Source of the DNA: an uncultured Thermoleophilia bacterium
GTDB taxonomy: Bacteria; Actinomycetota; Thermoleophilia; UBA2241
DNA length: 64,000 bases
Assembly: GCA_963715985.1 (NCBI GenBank)
Contig: CAVQSP010000014.1
Location: 1 to 64,000 of the forward strand
Reading direction: 5' to 3'
How positions within the stretch are numbered: position 1 is the first letter of the stretch; each line of letters opens with the position of its first letter. The notes under the pieces were generated by a model, which ran no database searches, was not told the DNA's origin, and worked only from the letters and a program-made list of their open reading frames with translations. The translations under genes were made by a program, and so were the position numbers. This document shows, in pieces, positions 10,448 to 20,113 of the stretch.

Positions 10448-11802
10448 TGTCCGTCGACCCCCAAGCGGCCGGCGCTGCGCCGGGCCGCGACACGTACTTC
10501 GACCCGGAGAACGAGACGCTCGAGCCCGGCGCCCTGCGGGCGCTCCAGCTCGAGCGTCTTCAGGCCGTGGTCGCGGCCGCCTGCGCGGGCAGCGCCGTCT
10601 ACCGCGACCTCTGTCGCGAGGCCGGCGTGGAGCCGGCGGACGTCCGCACGCTGGACGACGTCCGCCTCCTCCCCTTCATCGACAAGCACACCCTGCGCGA
10701 CACGTACCCGGACGGCCTGCGCATCTGCGGCCTCGACAGGATCATCGAGGTGCACAGCACCTCCGGCACGACCGGCAAGCCGACGCCGATCTGGGCCACG
10801 CAGCATGAGATGGAGGCCTGGGCGCTGCGCAACGCGCGCACCGTATGGATGGTCGGACTGCGCCCGGACGACCTGTTGCAGAACTGCTTCGGCTACGGCC
10901 TGCCCACCAGTGTCGGCCTGCAGTACGGCGCCCAGCGCGCCGGCGTCGGCGTGGTGCCGGCCGGCATCGGCCGCCAGGAGCTGCTCATCGACCTCATCAT
11001 GGACCTCGGGGTGACGGCCATCTGCACCACCCCGTCCTACGGGCTGTACCTGGCCGACAAGGCCAGGGAGCGCGGCATCGACCTGGCCACCGACTCCAAG
11101 CTGCGCATCGGCCTCTTCGGGGCGGAGCCGTGGCCGGAGTCGGGCCGCGACCGGCTCACGGAGGCGATGGGCGTCGACCCCTTCAACGAGTACGGCATGG
11201 GCGAGTTCCTGGGACCGGGCATGGCCGCCGAATGCCCAGAGAAGAACGGCATGCACGTGTGGTCGGACCACCTGCTGGTGGAGTGCGTCGACCCGGAGAC
11301 CTGCGAGCCGGTGCCCGACGGCGCCGCCGGCGAGCTCGTGTGGACGTCGCTGACCAGCGACTCCACGGCCATGATCCGCTACCGCAGCCACGACATCAGC
11401 TCGCTCACGTGGGAGTCGTGCCCCTGCGGCCGCACGCACCCGCGTATCGGGCGCATCACGGGGCGCAGCGACGACGCGCTGTCGGTGGGCGGCCTCGTCG
11501 TGTTCCCCAGCCAGATCGAGGAGGTCCTGCTGCGCTTCCCCGAGGTGGGCAACAACTTCTGCCTGGTCGTGGAGCTCGTCGGCAATCTCGACCGGCTCAC
11601 CGTGCAGGTGGAGGTCACCGGGCTGGCGGAGATGACCGCCGAGGAGCGCGAGAAGTTCTCCCGGCGCGTGCAGGGCGGCATCAAGGCCACCGTGGGAGTC
11701 ACTCCCCGCATCGAACTGCACGAGCCGTTCGCCTTGCCGCGCGTGACGGGCGGTCAGGGCAAGACGGCCTGCCACCGGGTGGACGACCGCCGCCGCGGCT
11801 AA
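10444..11802 (+). CDS. paaK: Phenylacetate--CoA ligase family protein
   Basis: HSTSGTTGKP, FGYGL, CTTPSY, GLFGAEPW, YGMGEFLGPG, GRSDD..VFPSQIEEVL. Confidence 0.9.
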   Translation: MMSVDPQAAGAAPGRDTYFDPENETLEPGALRALQLERLQAVVAAACAGSAVYRDLCREAGVEPADVRTLDDVRLLPFIDKHTLRDTYPDGLRICGLDRIIEVHSTSGTTGKPTPIWATQHEMEAWALRNARTVWMVGLRPDDLLQNCFGYGLPTSVGLQYGAQRAGVGVVPAGIGRQELLIDLIMDLGVTAICTTPSYGLYLADKARERGIDLATDSKLRIGLFGAEPWPESGRDRLTEAMGVDPFNEYGMGEFLGPGMAAECPEKNGMHVWSDHLLVECVDPETCEPVPDGAAGELVWTSLTSDSTAMIRYRSHDISSLTWESCPCGRTHPRIGRITGRSDDALSVGGLVVFPSQIEEVLLRFPEVGNNFCLVVELVGNLDRLTVQVEVTGLAEMTAEEREKFSRRVQGGIKATVGVTPRIELHEPFALPRVTGGQGKTACHRVDDRRRG

Positions 11803-12644
11803 CCCAGGGTCAGGCAGACCACCCCGGCCAGCACGGTGAGGGCGGCGGCCCACTGCAGCGGCCGCAAGCGCTCGTGGAGAATGAGCCGCGCGCACACGAT
11901 CGTCACCGCCGGGGCCAGCCAGCCGAGAACTGCCACAACGCTCAGGTCTGCCAGTGTCGTGGCCGTCGCGAACACGGTGTTGGCGCCGACGATCATGAGG
12001 CCGAGCAGGATCAACAAGGGGAGGGACCGGCGCCGCAGTCGCAGGGCGGGGCGCGCTGCGGCGATCCACACGCCGCACAACAGTGCCGCCGAGCAGCGGA
12101 CGACCGTGACCGCCCAGATCGGATCGGAGGCGGCACCGTAGTCGAGCGTCACGACCATGAGGCCGGCGCTGACGGACCCCGCCACTGCGAACGCGATTCC
12201 CTTGAACGTGGTCGGGTGACTGTCGCCGGCGTCGGCGTCCCCGGGCCGCGAGACGACCACGATGCCGACGATCGCGAGAGCGATGCCGATCAGCTGCAGC
12301 GGCGCCGGTTGCTCACCCCGGGCGAGTCCCCAGACGACGGGAAGCACCGCGGCGCCGGCAAGGATCGGTGAGGTGATGCTCATCTTCGTGAACGACATCG
12401 CGTAGAAGTACGTGATCGCGCTCACCCCCGAACACACGCCGCCACCGGCGAGCACCAGGACCACGCCTGCGGTCGGCGCCGGCGGCGAGACGACGGCGAT
12501 GACCACCACCGCACCCAGCCCCGCAGCGGTCGTCGTGACGAGGGCGACCGCCCACGAGCTCATGCGGCGCGACTCCAGGCCCGCCACGAAGTCGGAGGTG
12601 CCCCACAAGACGCTGGCAAGCAGCGCAAGCAGGCTCGCGAGCAC
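11799..12644 (-). CDS. EamA/DMT family transporter
   Basis: About ten TM helices; LWGTSDF start, ..GE.P...Q..GI and LHERL...QW motifs. Confidence 0.88.
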   Translation of the reverse strand: MLASLLALLASVLWGTSDFVAGLESRRMSSWAVALVTTTAAGLGAVVVIAVVSPPAPTAGVVLVLAGGGVCSGVSAITYFYAMSFTKMSITSPILAGAAVLPVVWGLARGEQPAPLQLIGIALAIVGIVVVSRPGDADAGDSHPTTFKGIAFAVAGSVSAGLMVVTLDYGAASDPIWAVTVVRCSAALLCGVWIAAARPALRLRRRSLPLLILLGLMIVGANTVFATATTLADLSVVAVLGWLAPAVTIVCARLILHERLRPLQWAAALTVLAGVVCLTLG

Positions 12645-12803
12645 CGTCAGCCGCCCCGACTGCGGTGCCGGCGCGACAGTCCGTCCGGAGCTGAGCGCGG
12701 GTCAGGCACGGTGAGGCACGATATCACGGCACCTGCGGACGTTCACGGCGTGCACGCCATTCCGGCGCCCGGCGGGCGCCGCTGCACGGGATAGGATGGG
12801 CCC

Positions 12804-13466
12804 ATGCCGGTCCTCTCCATCGTCTGCGTGACGCTGTCGGCGCTGTGGCTCGCGCTGGTGATCGCCGCGCAGCTGCTTGCCCCCGGGCAGAGCCCGCTGA
12901 GCGTGGGCATGAGCGGGCTCGCCGTCGGGCCGCACGGCTGGGCGATGAAGGCGGCGTTCGCGGCACGCGGGTCCGCGGCCTGCGTGCTGGCGGCAGGGCT
13001 GCCCGGCGCGCTGCTCCCCGGCTGGCGCCTCACGGCGGGCTTCGTGCTCTTCTGGGTGTGGGGGGTGGGGTCGGTGCTGCTGGCGGTGTGGGACACTGAC
13101 ATGCCGGGGGATGCGCCCAGCCGGCACGGCCGCGCGCACGTGCTCATCGCCCTGGTCGCCTACCTCGCGGCGATGGTCGCGGTCATCGTCCTCTCGCCGG
13201 CGCTGCCGCGCCTCGGCGGGACCGCCGGCACGGCGCCCTGGGCCATGCCGCTGGCGATCGCCGCGGCGGTCTTTGCGCTGCTGCAGTTCGTCGCCTTCGG
13301 GCAGCAGGCGCGCGTCGCGGCGGCCGGCGACTCGAAGCCGCACGGGGACGGCGCGGCCGTCCCGTCGCCGGCCGCCACCGGCCTCGGCGCCTACGCCGGC
13401 CTGCTGCAGCGGGTGTTCATCGGACTGATCATGGTGTGGACCGTCCTCGCGGCGGTCAGCTTCTGA
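12804..13466 (+). CDS. DUF998-like membrane protein
   Basis: MSGLAVGPHGW, WDTD...HGRAH and GLLQRVF motifs; multiple TMs; -10-like TAGGAT just before the ATG (possibly leaderless). Confidence 0.7.
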   Translation: MPVLSIVCVTLSALWLALVIAAQLLAPGQSPLSVGMSGLAVGPHGWAMKAAFAARGSAACVLAAGLPGALLPGWRLTAGFVLFWVWGVGSVLLAVWDTDMPGDAPSRHGRAHVLIALVAYLAAMVAVIVLSPALPRLGGTAGTAPWAMPLAIAAAVFALLQFVAFGQQARVAAAGDSKPHGDGAAVPSPAATGLGAYAGLLQRVFIGLIMVWTVLAAVSF

Positions 13467-13495
13467 GGGATACTGAGCCGGCAAAGGGAGGCACG

Positions 13496-14261
13496 ATGAC
13501 GGCGATCGGAGCAGAGGGCATCGGGGAGTTCCTCGCAGCGGCGGGCGTCGACCAGTGGGGCGTGGCGCGTAACCTCGTGATGGCGGATCCCGGCGTGGCC
13601 GCCGGCTCGGGGTCCTCCCCTGCCCTCAAAGCTGAGGCCAGGCCGCCAGACGGCCGCTGGCCCCTCTCCCCGGACCTGCCCTTCGCCATCTCGATCGGCA
13701 TGCGCCTCGACCCGGGCATCATCGCCGAGGTCGTGAACGGCCCCACGCCTGCCTACTACGGCGAGTACAAGCGCCTGAACCGGACGCTCGCCGCCACCGC
13801 GCGAGGCGCTGGCCCTGTTCCTCTCGCGGAACGGGGCCGTGGCCGAGGCCTGCAAGCCGACGGCCCACGACGTCGCCGGCGTGTCCGACTGGACCGACGC
13901 CGGCGTCTTCCCCCACAAGACCGCAGCCACGCAGGCGGGTCTGGGCTGGATCGGCAAGACCGCGCTGTTCGTCTCACCGGTCCTGGGCCCGCGCGTACGT
14001 CTCACCACCGTGTTCACCGACCTCGAGCTGCCCCTCGGTGAGCCCGTCACTCGCGGGCAGTGCGCAGGTTGCCGTCAGTGCGTCGACGCCTGTCCCGCTG
14101 GTGCCGGCCGCGACGTGCAGTGGCGGGCGGGGATGCCGCGCGCTGAGCTCTACGACGCGCGCGCCTGCGAGCGTCAGTGCGACGCCAACGAGGGCGAGAA
14201 CGGCGGCCTCTGCGGCATCTGCATCGCCGTGTGCCCGTTCGGCCGCCGCGCGGGGGACTGA
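13496..14261 (+). CDS. Epoxyqueuosine reductase (QueG)-like 4Fe-4S protein, frameshift near 13800-13830
   Basis: FPHKTAATQAGLGWIGKTAL...GPRVRLTTVFTD, CAGCRQCVDACP, CGICIAVCP. Confidence 0.8.
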
Positions 14262-14309
14262 CGGGGACGACCCGGAGGCCGGCCGACCCCCGGCGCCCGC
14301 TCGAGGCGC

Positions 14310-16374
14310 TCAGCCCTGCACGAGCCCCATGAACTCGGCGGCGTCCACGTGCACCGCGAGCTGCTGGCCGGCCGGCAGGCTCGCGCGCTCGAAGCGCGGC
14401 TTGCCGGCGAGCGAGCTCATCTGCACGATGGCCTCCATCGAGCGCGCACCGTGGATGTACTCCCCGACCTGGAGGAACGCGCGGAGCACGCCGTCGTCGA
14501 TCTGCAAGGCGGGGCTCGCCGGCGTCGACGTCCGGCGCCAGCATCTGCGGTGCCCGTGAGGCCACCAGGGACCGCAGCATGATCGCGCGGCGCAGCGGTG
14601 CGGCCACGTCGTGATGGTCCTGACGATTGGGGCCGGTCACGTTCACGTAGCCGCGCAGGCGGCTGATGAAGTCGGGCTTCTTGGCGGCGCGCTCGGCGCG
14701 TTCGTCGCCATACGCGATGAAGTGGTCGAAGCTCGTCGTCGTGCCGCCGGCGAACACGAAGATCGCGGCGCCGAGGGGGTGGTAGCCGGCGCCGTCGCGA
14801 AAACGGCCGTCGGCCAGCGGCTTCAGGAAGTGGCGCAACCATCCGAGCGGCTCGCCGCCCAGCGGGCTGTCGAACTCGTCCCAGAACACGAGAGCCAGCT
14901 GGCCCTCGAGGGCCACGTCTCTGATCTCGTGGAACGCGGCCCGCAGCTCCCCCTCGTTGGGCAGCTGCGAGAGGTCGAACTCCAGCTTCCTGACGCGCCC
15001 CGGCAGCAGCACGCTCGCCATCTGCCGGACGGCGAAGGTCTTGCCGGCACCGGGCGGGCCGAACACGGCGATCGGAAGCGGCGTGCGGACGTCGCCGCCG
15101 CGTAGTTCCTGCTGCACGTACTCGTCGAGGATGTTGCGGACACTGCGCAGGTTCTCGATCTCCGAGCGGTCGACGGAGGACCATTGGCCCATGGTCTCGA
15201 CCGGGATGCCGTAGGGGAGGCTGGCGATGCCGTGCACCGCCGCCGCGGCGGCCACGTCGACCAGCGAGGCGCCGGCGTAGGTCTGGGCGAGGATGGACCC
15301 GCCCGCCTGCGGCTGGTAGACCACGCTGGCGAACTCCTCGGAGTCGCGCAGAAGGGCGGCGGCCACGTCGTCCAGCGGGAACGGGCTGTGCGGCCGGTCG
15401 CGGTCGCCGTCCACGCGAAAACCGGCCACGTGAGCGGCGCGAGCGGCCGCGAGCCCGCGTTTGACCGCGCCGACCAGGTCGGCCTCGTGGCCGCCGGTGA
15501 GCTCCAGCGCCACCGCGGCGTCCAGGCAGCGTCCGTAGCCGGCGCCCACACCCGGGTACCGCGCTCCCCAGTCGCCCTCCTGCGAGCGCGGGTCGAACAC
15601 CAGCGTGTCGTCGCCGTCCCGGTCCACGATGACGGCGCCCGAGGCGCCGACGATGACGATGACGCGGCGCGCTCGCGCCAGCGGATGCGCGCGCACGGCG
15701 GTGATGACCTCCTCCGTGAGCCTCTCCCAGGAGAGGGGATAGCCCACAAGGGCGCCGGCCTTGCGCAGCTCGTCGGACGAGGTCAGGACGGTCAGGCGCT
15801 CGGCATGCTCGGTGAGGAGCAGGTCGGCCAGCGGGGAGCCGGCAAGAGGGGCGCCTGTCTGCCAGACGACGGCGTCCGGGCCCGCGGCCAGAAGTGCCGG
15901 CAAGTCGTCGAACGAATCGCGGTAGCCTATGGCGTGGTCGACGACGAGAACGGTGTCCACCTGCGGAGGGGGCGGCGGAGTCGCGTCTTCCGGGGCCCTG
16001 CGGGCGGGGTCTGTGCCCTTGAACTCGGCGATGCGCCAGGCCGTGTCGCCCGTGGCCCCGGACCGGCGCGGGAACTGCTCGATGTCGGCGAAGGTGTGCG
16101 CGAAGTCCGGATGGCGAGGCGAGGCGAGCGCATCTGGCGGCACTCTGGCGCCGACCACCTCGACGTCCTCGTGGCCGCCGGCCTGGACGGTCCGCCGGAG
16201 GATGTCGGCGTGCGACGCCGCACCCCCCGCGCAGGCGAGTGCCCTGCAGGCGTAGCCGCCGCCCCACATCCAGATGAAGTCGAGCGCCTCGTTCTGGCGA
16301 GGTGCGGCGGAGAGAAACAGCCAGTCTATGGTCACGTCGCCGGTGACGACGATGGTACGCGGGAGTGGGGGCAT
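14310..16374 (-). CDS. AAA+ ATPase with PfkB-like N-terminal region, frameshift near 14505
   Basis: IVVTGDVTIDW...GGAA N-terminus, Walker A GPPGAGKT, Walker B LVFWDEFD, FVFAGGT, KPDFISRLRGY, HGARSMEAI. Confidence 0.75.
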
Positions 16375-16554
16375 GCGGGTCTCCGAGGATCGGGGAGCGG
16401 CGAGTGTACCAGCCCCTTCGGCCAGGAGTGGCCACGCTTCACGCTTCTTCATGGATGACATCACGTGGCCCGAACAACGCCGCCGGCGCACCGTTGCCAC
16501 GGCGACGGGAGCATACTTGCCATGCGTAGTCTGTCGTGGTCATCGAAGGGCTGC

Positions 16555-17067
16555 CATGGGGTATCGCGGACTCGTGGGACGCCGGTCGGCACGGTCGCCG
16601 GAACACCGGCACGGCGCGCACAGATCACGGCCGCCGTGGCGTCGGTCGCCCTCATCGCCCTGGTCCTCCTGACCCTCGTTCTGACTGCCGGCTGCGGGGG
16701 CGCCGCGGGGACGGTCTCGAACGGTGCCGCCTCCTCCGTGTCCCCTTCGTCGACCCCGCACTCCGGCGGCACCTACACCTATCCACTGGACTAGGACGTC
16801 GGCTCGCTGCTCCCGTTCCGTGCGTGGGGATTGGACGTCTCCGCCGTGGTCGCCCATGAGATCTACGAGGGGCTGGTCGCCTGCGAGACCCGGGCTGACG
16901 GCAGCGTGGTCACCATCCCGTACCTGGCGCAGAGCCGGTCGGCGAACGCGGACGCCACGGTGTGGACGTTTCGCCTGCGTCTCGGCGTGCGCTTCCAGGC
17001 ACCGGCCGACCGCAAGGTGACGGCGGCAGACGTCGTGGCCCTCTGCCGGTTCGCGGCCGACGTCTGA
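16555..17067 (+). pseudogene. Truncated family-5 (OppA/DppA) ABC substrate-binding lipoprotein with in-frame TAG at 16792-16794
   Basis: Lipobox LTAGC, GGTYTY, IYEGLV...PYLAQS.....TVWTFRLRLGVRF...VTAADV; stops after about 170 codons, far short of a full domain. Confidence 0.7.
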
Positions 17068-17075
17068 GCCCGGCC

Positions 17076-17756
17076 TCAGGAGCTGTGCGCCCGGGAGAGA
17101 CCGAGTACGGCAAGCCCCAGGGCCACGGCGAACAGACACACCGATGCGGCGCGCACGCCGTTGGCCAGCGCGTCGGTCGAGGAAAGCCACCCCAGGTCGC
17201 GCAGGATGTTGTGCCAGTCGTGACCGGCCCCCGAGCCGTCGTCACCGACCAGCGACAGCACCATGCGCTGCGCGTCGCCCACGTACACGGCCACGTTGTT
17301 GAGGTTCTCGGCGGCCCAGGCGACGAGCAGGATCACGGCGAAGCCGTCCTTGCGGCGCCAGAAGTACGCGGCGAAGGCGAGGGGAAGCGCCACCTGGAGA
17401 AAGGAGCCGGCGAGAGAGCACAGCAGAGGCGGCGCCCAGAACGTGAGCCAGTGCCCGGCCTCGTGGATCACGAGGTCGGCGCCGGACAGGACCGGGATCC
17501 ACCCGTCGCCGATGAAGGTGAGCGCCGCGAGAGCGATGGTGACGGCGGCGGCCACGACCCATTGGAGGGTGCGCCGCCAGATGCCGTCGCCTGCCCGGGT
17601 GCCGGCGATTCGGGGAGCGTCCGGGCCGGGTCCGGCGCCGGGCGCCGGCCGCTCCGCGGACGCCTCCAGCTCTGCGGCGGTCTGCCGGCCCGCGGCCGCC
17701 TGCCCCGGGCGCCCGAGCTGGTCGAGGGTTGGTGGCACGGTATGACCTTGCAGCAT
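17076..17756 (-). CDS. Membrane protein with HExxH motif (M50-like zinc metallopeptidase candidate)
   Basis: LVIHEAGH, several TMs, YVGDA and GHDWHNIL motifs. Confidence 0.7.
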   Translation of the reverse strand: MLQGHTVPPTLDQLGRPGQAAAGRQTAAELEASAERPAPGAGPGPDAPRIAGTRAGDGIWRRTLQWVVAAAVTIALAALTFIGDGWIPVLSGADLVIHEAGHWLTFWAPPLLCSLAGSFLQVALPLAFAAYFWRRKDGFAVILLVAWAAENLNNVAVYVGDAQRMVLSLVGDDGSGAGHDWHNILRDLGWLSSTDALANGVRAASVCLFAVALGLAVLGLSRAHSS

Positions 17757-18027
17757 CGCGGTCCTGCCTCGGGGCGTCAGTGCTCTCACCTGGCTGCATC
17801 GGCCGCGGGGGCGGGGTCCTTGACCGCGCCGGCTCCTCTGCCGTCTGCCCCGGCTACGTCTTTGCCCGGCCGGAGCGCCTCCCGCGAGGCCGTTCGAGCC
17901 TGACGCCGCGCATACCCAGCGAAGTTCCGGGCCAGCGTCCCTATGCAGGGAGGGAACGCCGGCGCCGACCCTCGCTTCTGAGGGGAGTCCCGCACCCGTG
18001 CGGGTGACCTCGGGGGAAGGAGGCCAG

Positions 18028-18522
18028 GTGGAGGTGCTCATCGCCCACAGTAGTGAGGTCTCGCGACGCGCTCTCGCAGGCGCTCTCGCCGCCCTCGACG
18101 TCGACTTCATCGAAGCGCCCGACGGCGCGCGCGCCCTTGAGGTCCTCATGCGCGCGGAGCCGCCTCGCCTGGCCTTCATCGAGTGGGACCTCCCGGACGT
18201 CGAGGGCCCGGAGCTCTGCCTGCTCCTCAGGGACTTCCATCTCGGCCAGGCGCCGTATGTCATCCTGCTCACCCCCGAGGCGGCGGACCGCGACGTGACC
18301 GCGGGCCTTGTGGCCGGCGCCAGCGACTTCGTCTGCACGCCGGCCTGCGCGCGCGAGCTGCCGGCGCGCGCCGAGTACGGGCTGCGGGTCGTCGAGCTGC
18401 CGTGGGGCCGCTCGGCGATGGGCGCGGCCGCAGTCGAGCCTTCCGAGCCGGCCGACTGCGGCGGCCGGGCCGAGCTCTCCGCCATGACCAGTGATCAGTG
18501 GGCGTCCGCCTTCGGCGTCTGA
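18028..18522 (+). CDS. Atypical stand-alone response-regulator receiver domain
   Basis: EAPDGARALEVL..PPRLAFIEWDLPDVEGPELC..LR....YVILLT......VTAGLVAGASDFVCTP; RBS GGAGG before GTG 18028. Confidence 0.75.
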   Translation: MEVLIAHSSEVSRRALAGALAALDVDFIEAPDGARALEVLMRAEPPRLAFIEWDLPDVEGPELCLLLRDFHLGQAPYVILLTPEAADRDVTAGLVAGASDFVCTPACARELPARAEYGLRVVELPWGRSAMGAAAVEPSEPADCGGRAELSAMTSDQWASAFGV

Positions 18523-18555
18523 CCTCGCGCGCTCCCCTCACAGCTGTTGACCACT

Positions 18556-18600
18556 TCACCCACTCTGGGTGAGGTTTCGTGTGTGCTCGCGGCCTACGCT
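18556..18600 (+). promoter_or_regulatory. Palindromic operator TCACCC-N5-GGGTGA plus -10 TACGCT (copy 1)
   Basis: Palindrome at 18556-18572, TACGCT at 18595-18600; the same layout occurs at 19500-19544. Confidence 0.6.
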
Positions 18601-18640
18601 GACGGCGCAGAGTTCGTCCTGAGCAGCCAGGAGGGGAGTC

Positions 18641-19038
18641 ATGAGCATCGCAGTAACGCATCCAAGGCATCACATCCACGTCCCGTGGATGTCCATCATC
18701 GCCGTGCTGGTCGCCGCCGCTGTCGCCGCCGCCGTGCTGGTGCTCGTCAACCAGCCCACGACGGTGTCGACGATCGGCCGAGTCCACTGCGATCCCGATG
18801 CCCGCCGTCGGCGCGGCCGCCGTCCCTATGCCGGAGTCGCCGGCACTGCGCAGCCAGCTCGCCAACGAGGTCGCCACCCCCGTGCGCGCAGGAGGCCCAG
18901 TTCGCGTATCCGCGCAACCACGTCGTGGGCGTCACCCTGAGCCCGTCCACCACAACGGCGGCCTTCGGCGGACAGCTGGGAGCGCCGGTCGCCCCCAGCG
19001 ATCCGTTCCCGCACAACCACTTCCCGAGCGAGCCGTGA
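18641..19038 (+). CDS. Small single-pass membrane protein with HxHVPW motif (paralog 1), two apparent frameshifts
   Basis: RBS GGAGGGGAG; MSIAVTHPRHHIHVPW-TM, then MPESPALRSQL and FPHNHFPSEP* in shifted frames; similar to 19579-19908. Confidence 0.6.
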
Positions 19039-19087
19039 CCTGAACACGGCACGAGGTCCGTCGGCCCTCCCGGCGGACCGCGCGAGA

Positions 19088-19125
19088 CGGCCGGGGCCGG
19101 GTGGCGAGCCACCCGGCCCCGGCCG
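19088..19125 (+). terminator. Long GC hairpin, probable terminator
   Basis: CGGCCGGGGCCGGGTGG / CCACCCGGCCCCGGCCG inverted repeat after the 19038 stop. Confidence 0.6.
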
Positions 19126-19188
19126 CGTTGCGAGGTCGGCCGACCCCGCGCGTCTGAGCCGGCCCCCCGGCGGGTACACCGGGGGGGC

Positions 19189-19455
19189 ATGGCCGCCCAC
19201 CGTGATCCAGCCGACGCTCCTCCGTCCGCCGGCCTCACCTACCACGAGGTGCTCGCCGCCCGCCGCTACGCCGTGCGCCGCGGCGAGAAGGACGAGTTCG
19301 TCTACCTGCCCCAGGGCATCACGTACTGGCGCTCCCTGGTGCCATGCGGGCCACGCACGTACTGCTGCTCGCTGCCCGTTGAGGACCGCACGCTGCCCGC
19401 CGACGGGTGGCTGCACGAGCAGCCCTGCGACTGCCCCTTCTGCCGGCCCGACTGA
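19189..19455 (+). CDS. Small Cys-rich hypothetical protein
   Basis: 88 aa with GC3-rich codon usage; C..TYCC and HEQPCDCPFC motifs. Confidence 0.6.
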   Translation: MAAHRDPADAPPSAGLTYHEVLAARRYAVRRGEKDEFVYLPQGITYWRSLVPCGPRTYCCSLPVEDRTLPADGWLHEQPCDCPFCRPD

Positions 19456-19499
19456 CGCGCCCTCCCACCGCAGACCGGTGCAGACCGGTGGCGTGAGCT

Positions 19500-19544
19500 T
19501 CACCCACACCGGGTGACGAATCCAGCGCGTTCACGCATTACGCT
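19500..19544 (+). promoter_or_regulatory. Palindromic operator TCACCC-N5-GGGTGA plus -10 TACGCT (copy 2)
   Basis: Palindrome at 19500-19516, TACGCT at 19539-19544; the 22-nt gap is identical to copy 1. Confidence 0.6.
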
Positions 19545-19578
19545 GGCCCGGTCAGGAGGATCTGACAGGGAGGGAGTC

Positions 19579-19908
19579 GTGAACATCACCGCCACCCACA
19601 GACCACACGTGCACGTGCCGTGGACGCCCGTCGTGGTCGTCCTCGTCGTGCTCGCCGCCGCGGCGGCCGTGCTGGTGCTGGTCGACCGGCCGGCCCCGCT
19701 GACCGTGAGCGAGCAGACGGTGCAGGTCGTGCCGGCGACGGCCGCAGGCGTCGTGGCAGTGGACCTGCCTCCGACGACGGCGATGCGTCGCCACCTCGTC
19801 GAGGAGCACGTCGCTTCGCTCGCGGAGGCCCGGCGACTCGCCGCCGCTCATGACGCTGCGTACCGCGACTATGTGCGTGGCCACAACCATGCGCAGCCGG
19901 TGCGGTAG
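19579..19908 (+). CDS. Small single-pass membrane protein with HxHVPW motif (paralog 2)
   Basis: RBS GGGAGGGAG; MNITATHRPHVHVPW-TM...PPTTAMRRHL...GHNHAQPVR*. Confidence 0.65.
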   Translation: MNITATHRPHVHVPWTPVVVVLVVLAAAAAVLVLVDRPAPLTVSEQTVQVVPATAAGVVAVDLPPTTAMRRHLVEEHVASLAEARRLAAAHDAAYRDYVRGHNHAQPVR

Positions 19909-20113
19909 CGCCGCGCATGGGGGGCGCCGTGAGCGGGGACAGTGCGCCGCGGCGACTGCCGGGTGAACGTTGACTCGGGCGCCCTTCCAGGCCCAATCTG
20001 GCCTTGAGGATCGCGGTGGCCGGCCGCCTGCGGCGCGGCCACCGCTCGCCGGTCTCGTGCCAGGCGTGTCGCGCGGCCGGCGCCGGGGAAGCGAGGCGAA
20101 AAGGGGGCCTCCG

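Noticed and set aside
19453-19495. TGA after the Cys-rich ORF followed by a hairpin (possible second SECIS)
   Set aside because: The loop (CAGAC) lacks the G-led apical motif and the downstream frame is not protein-like.
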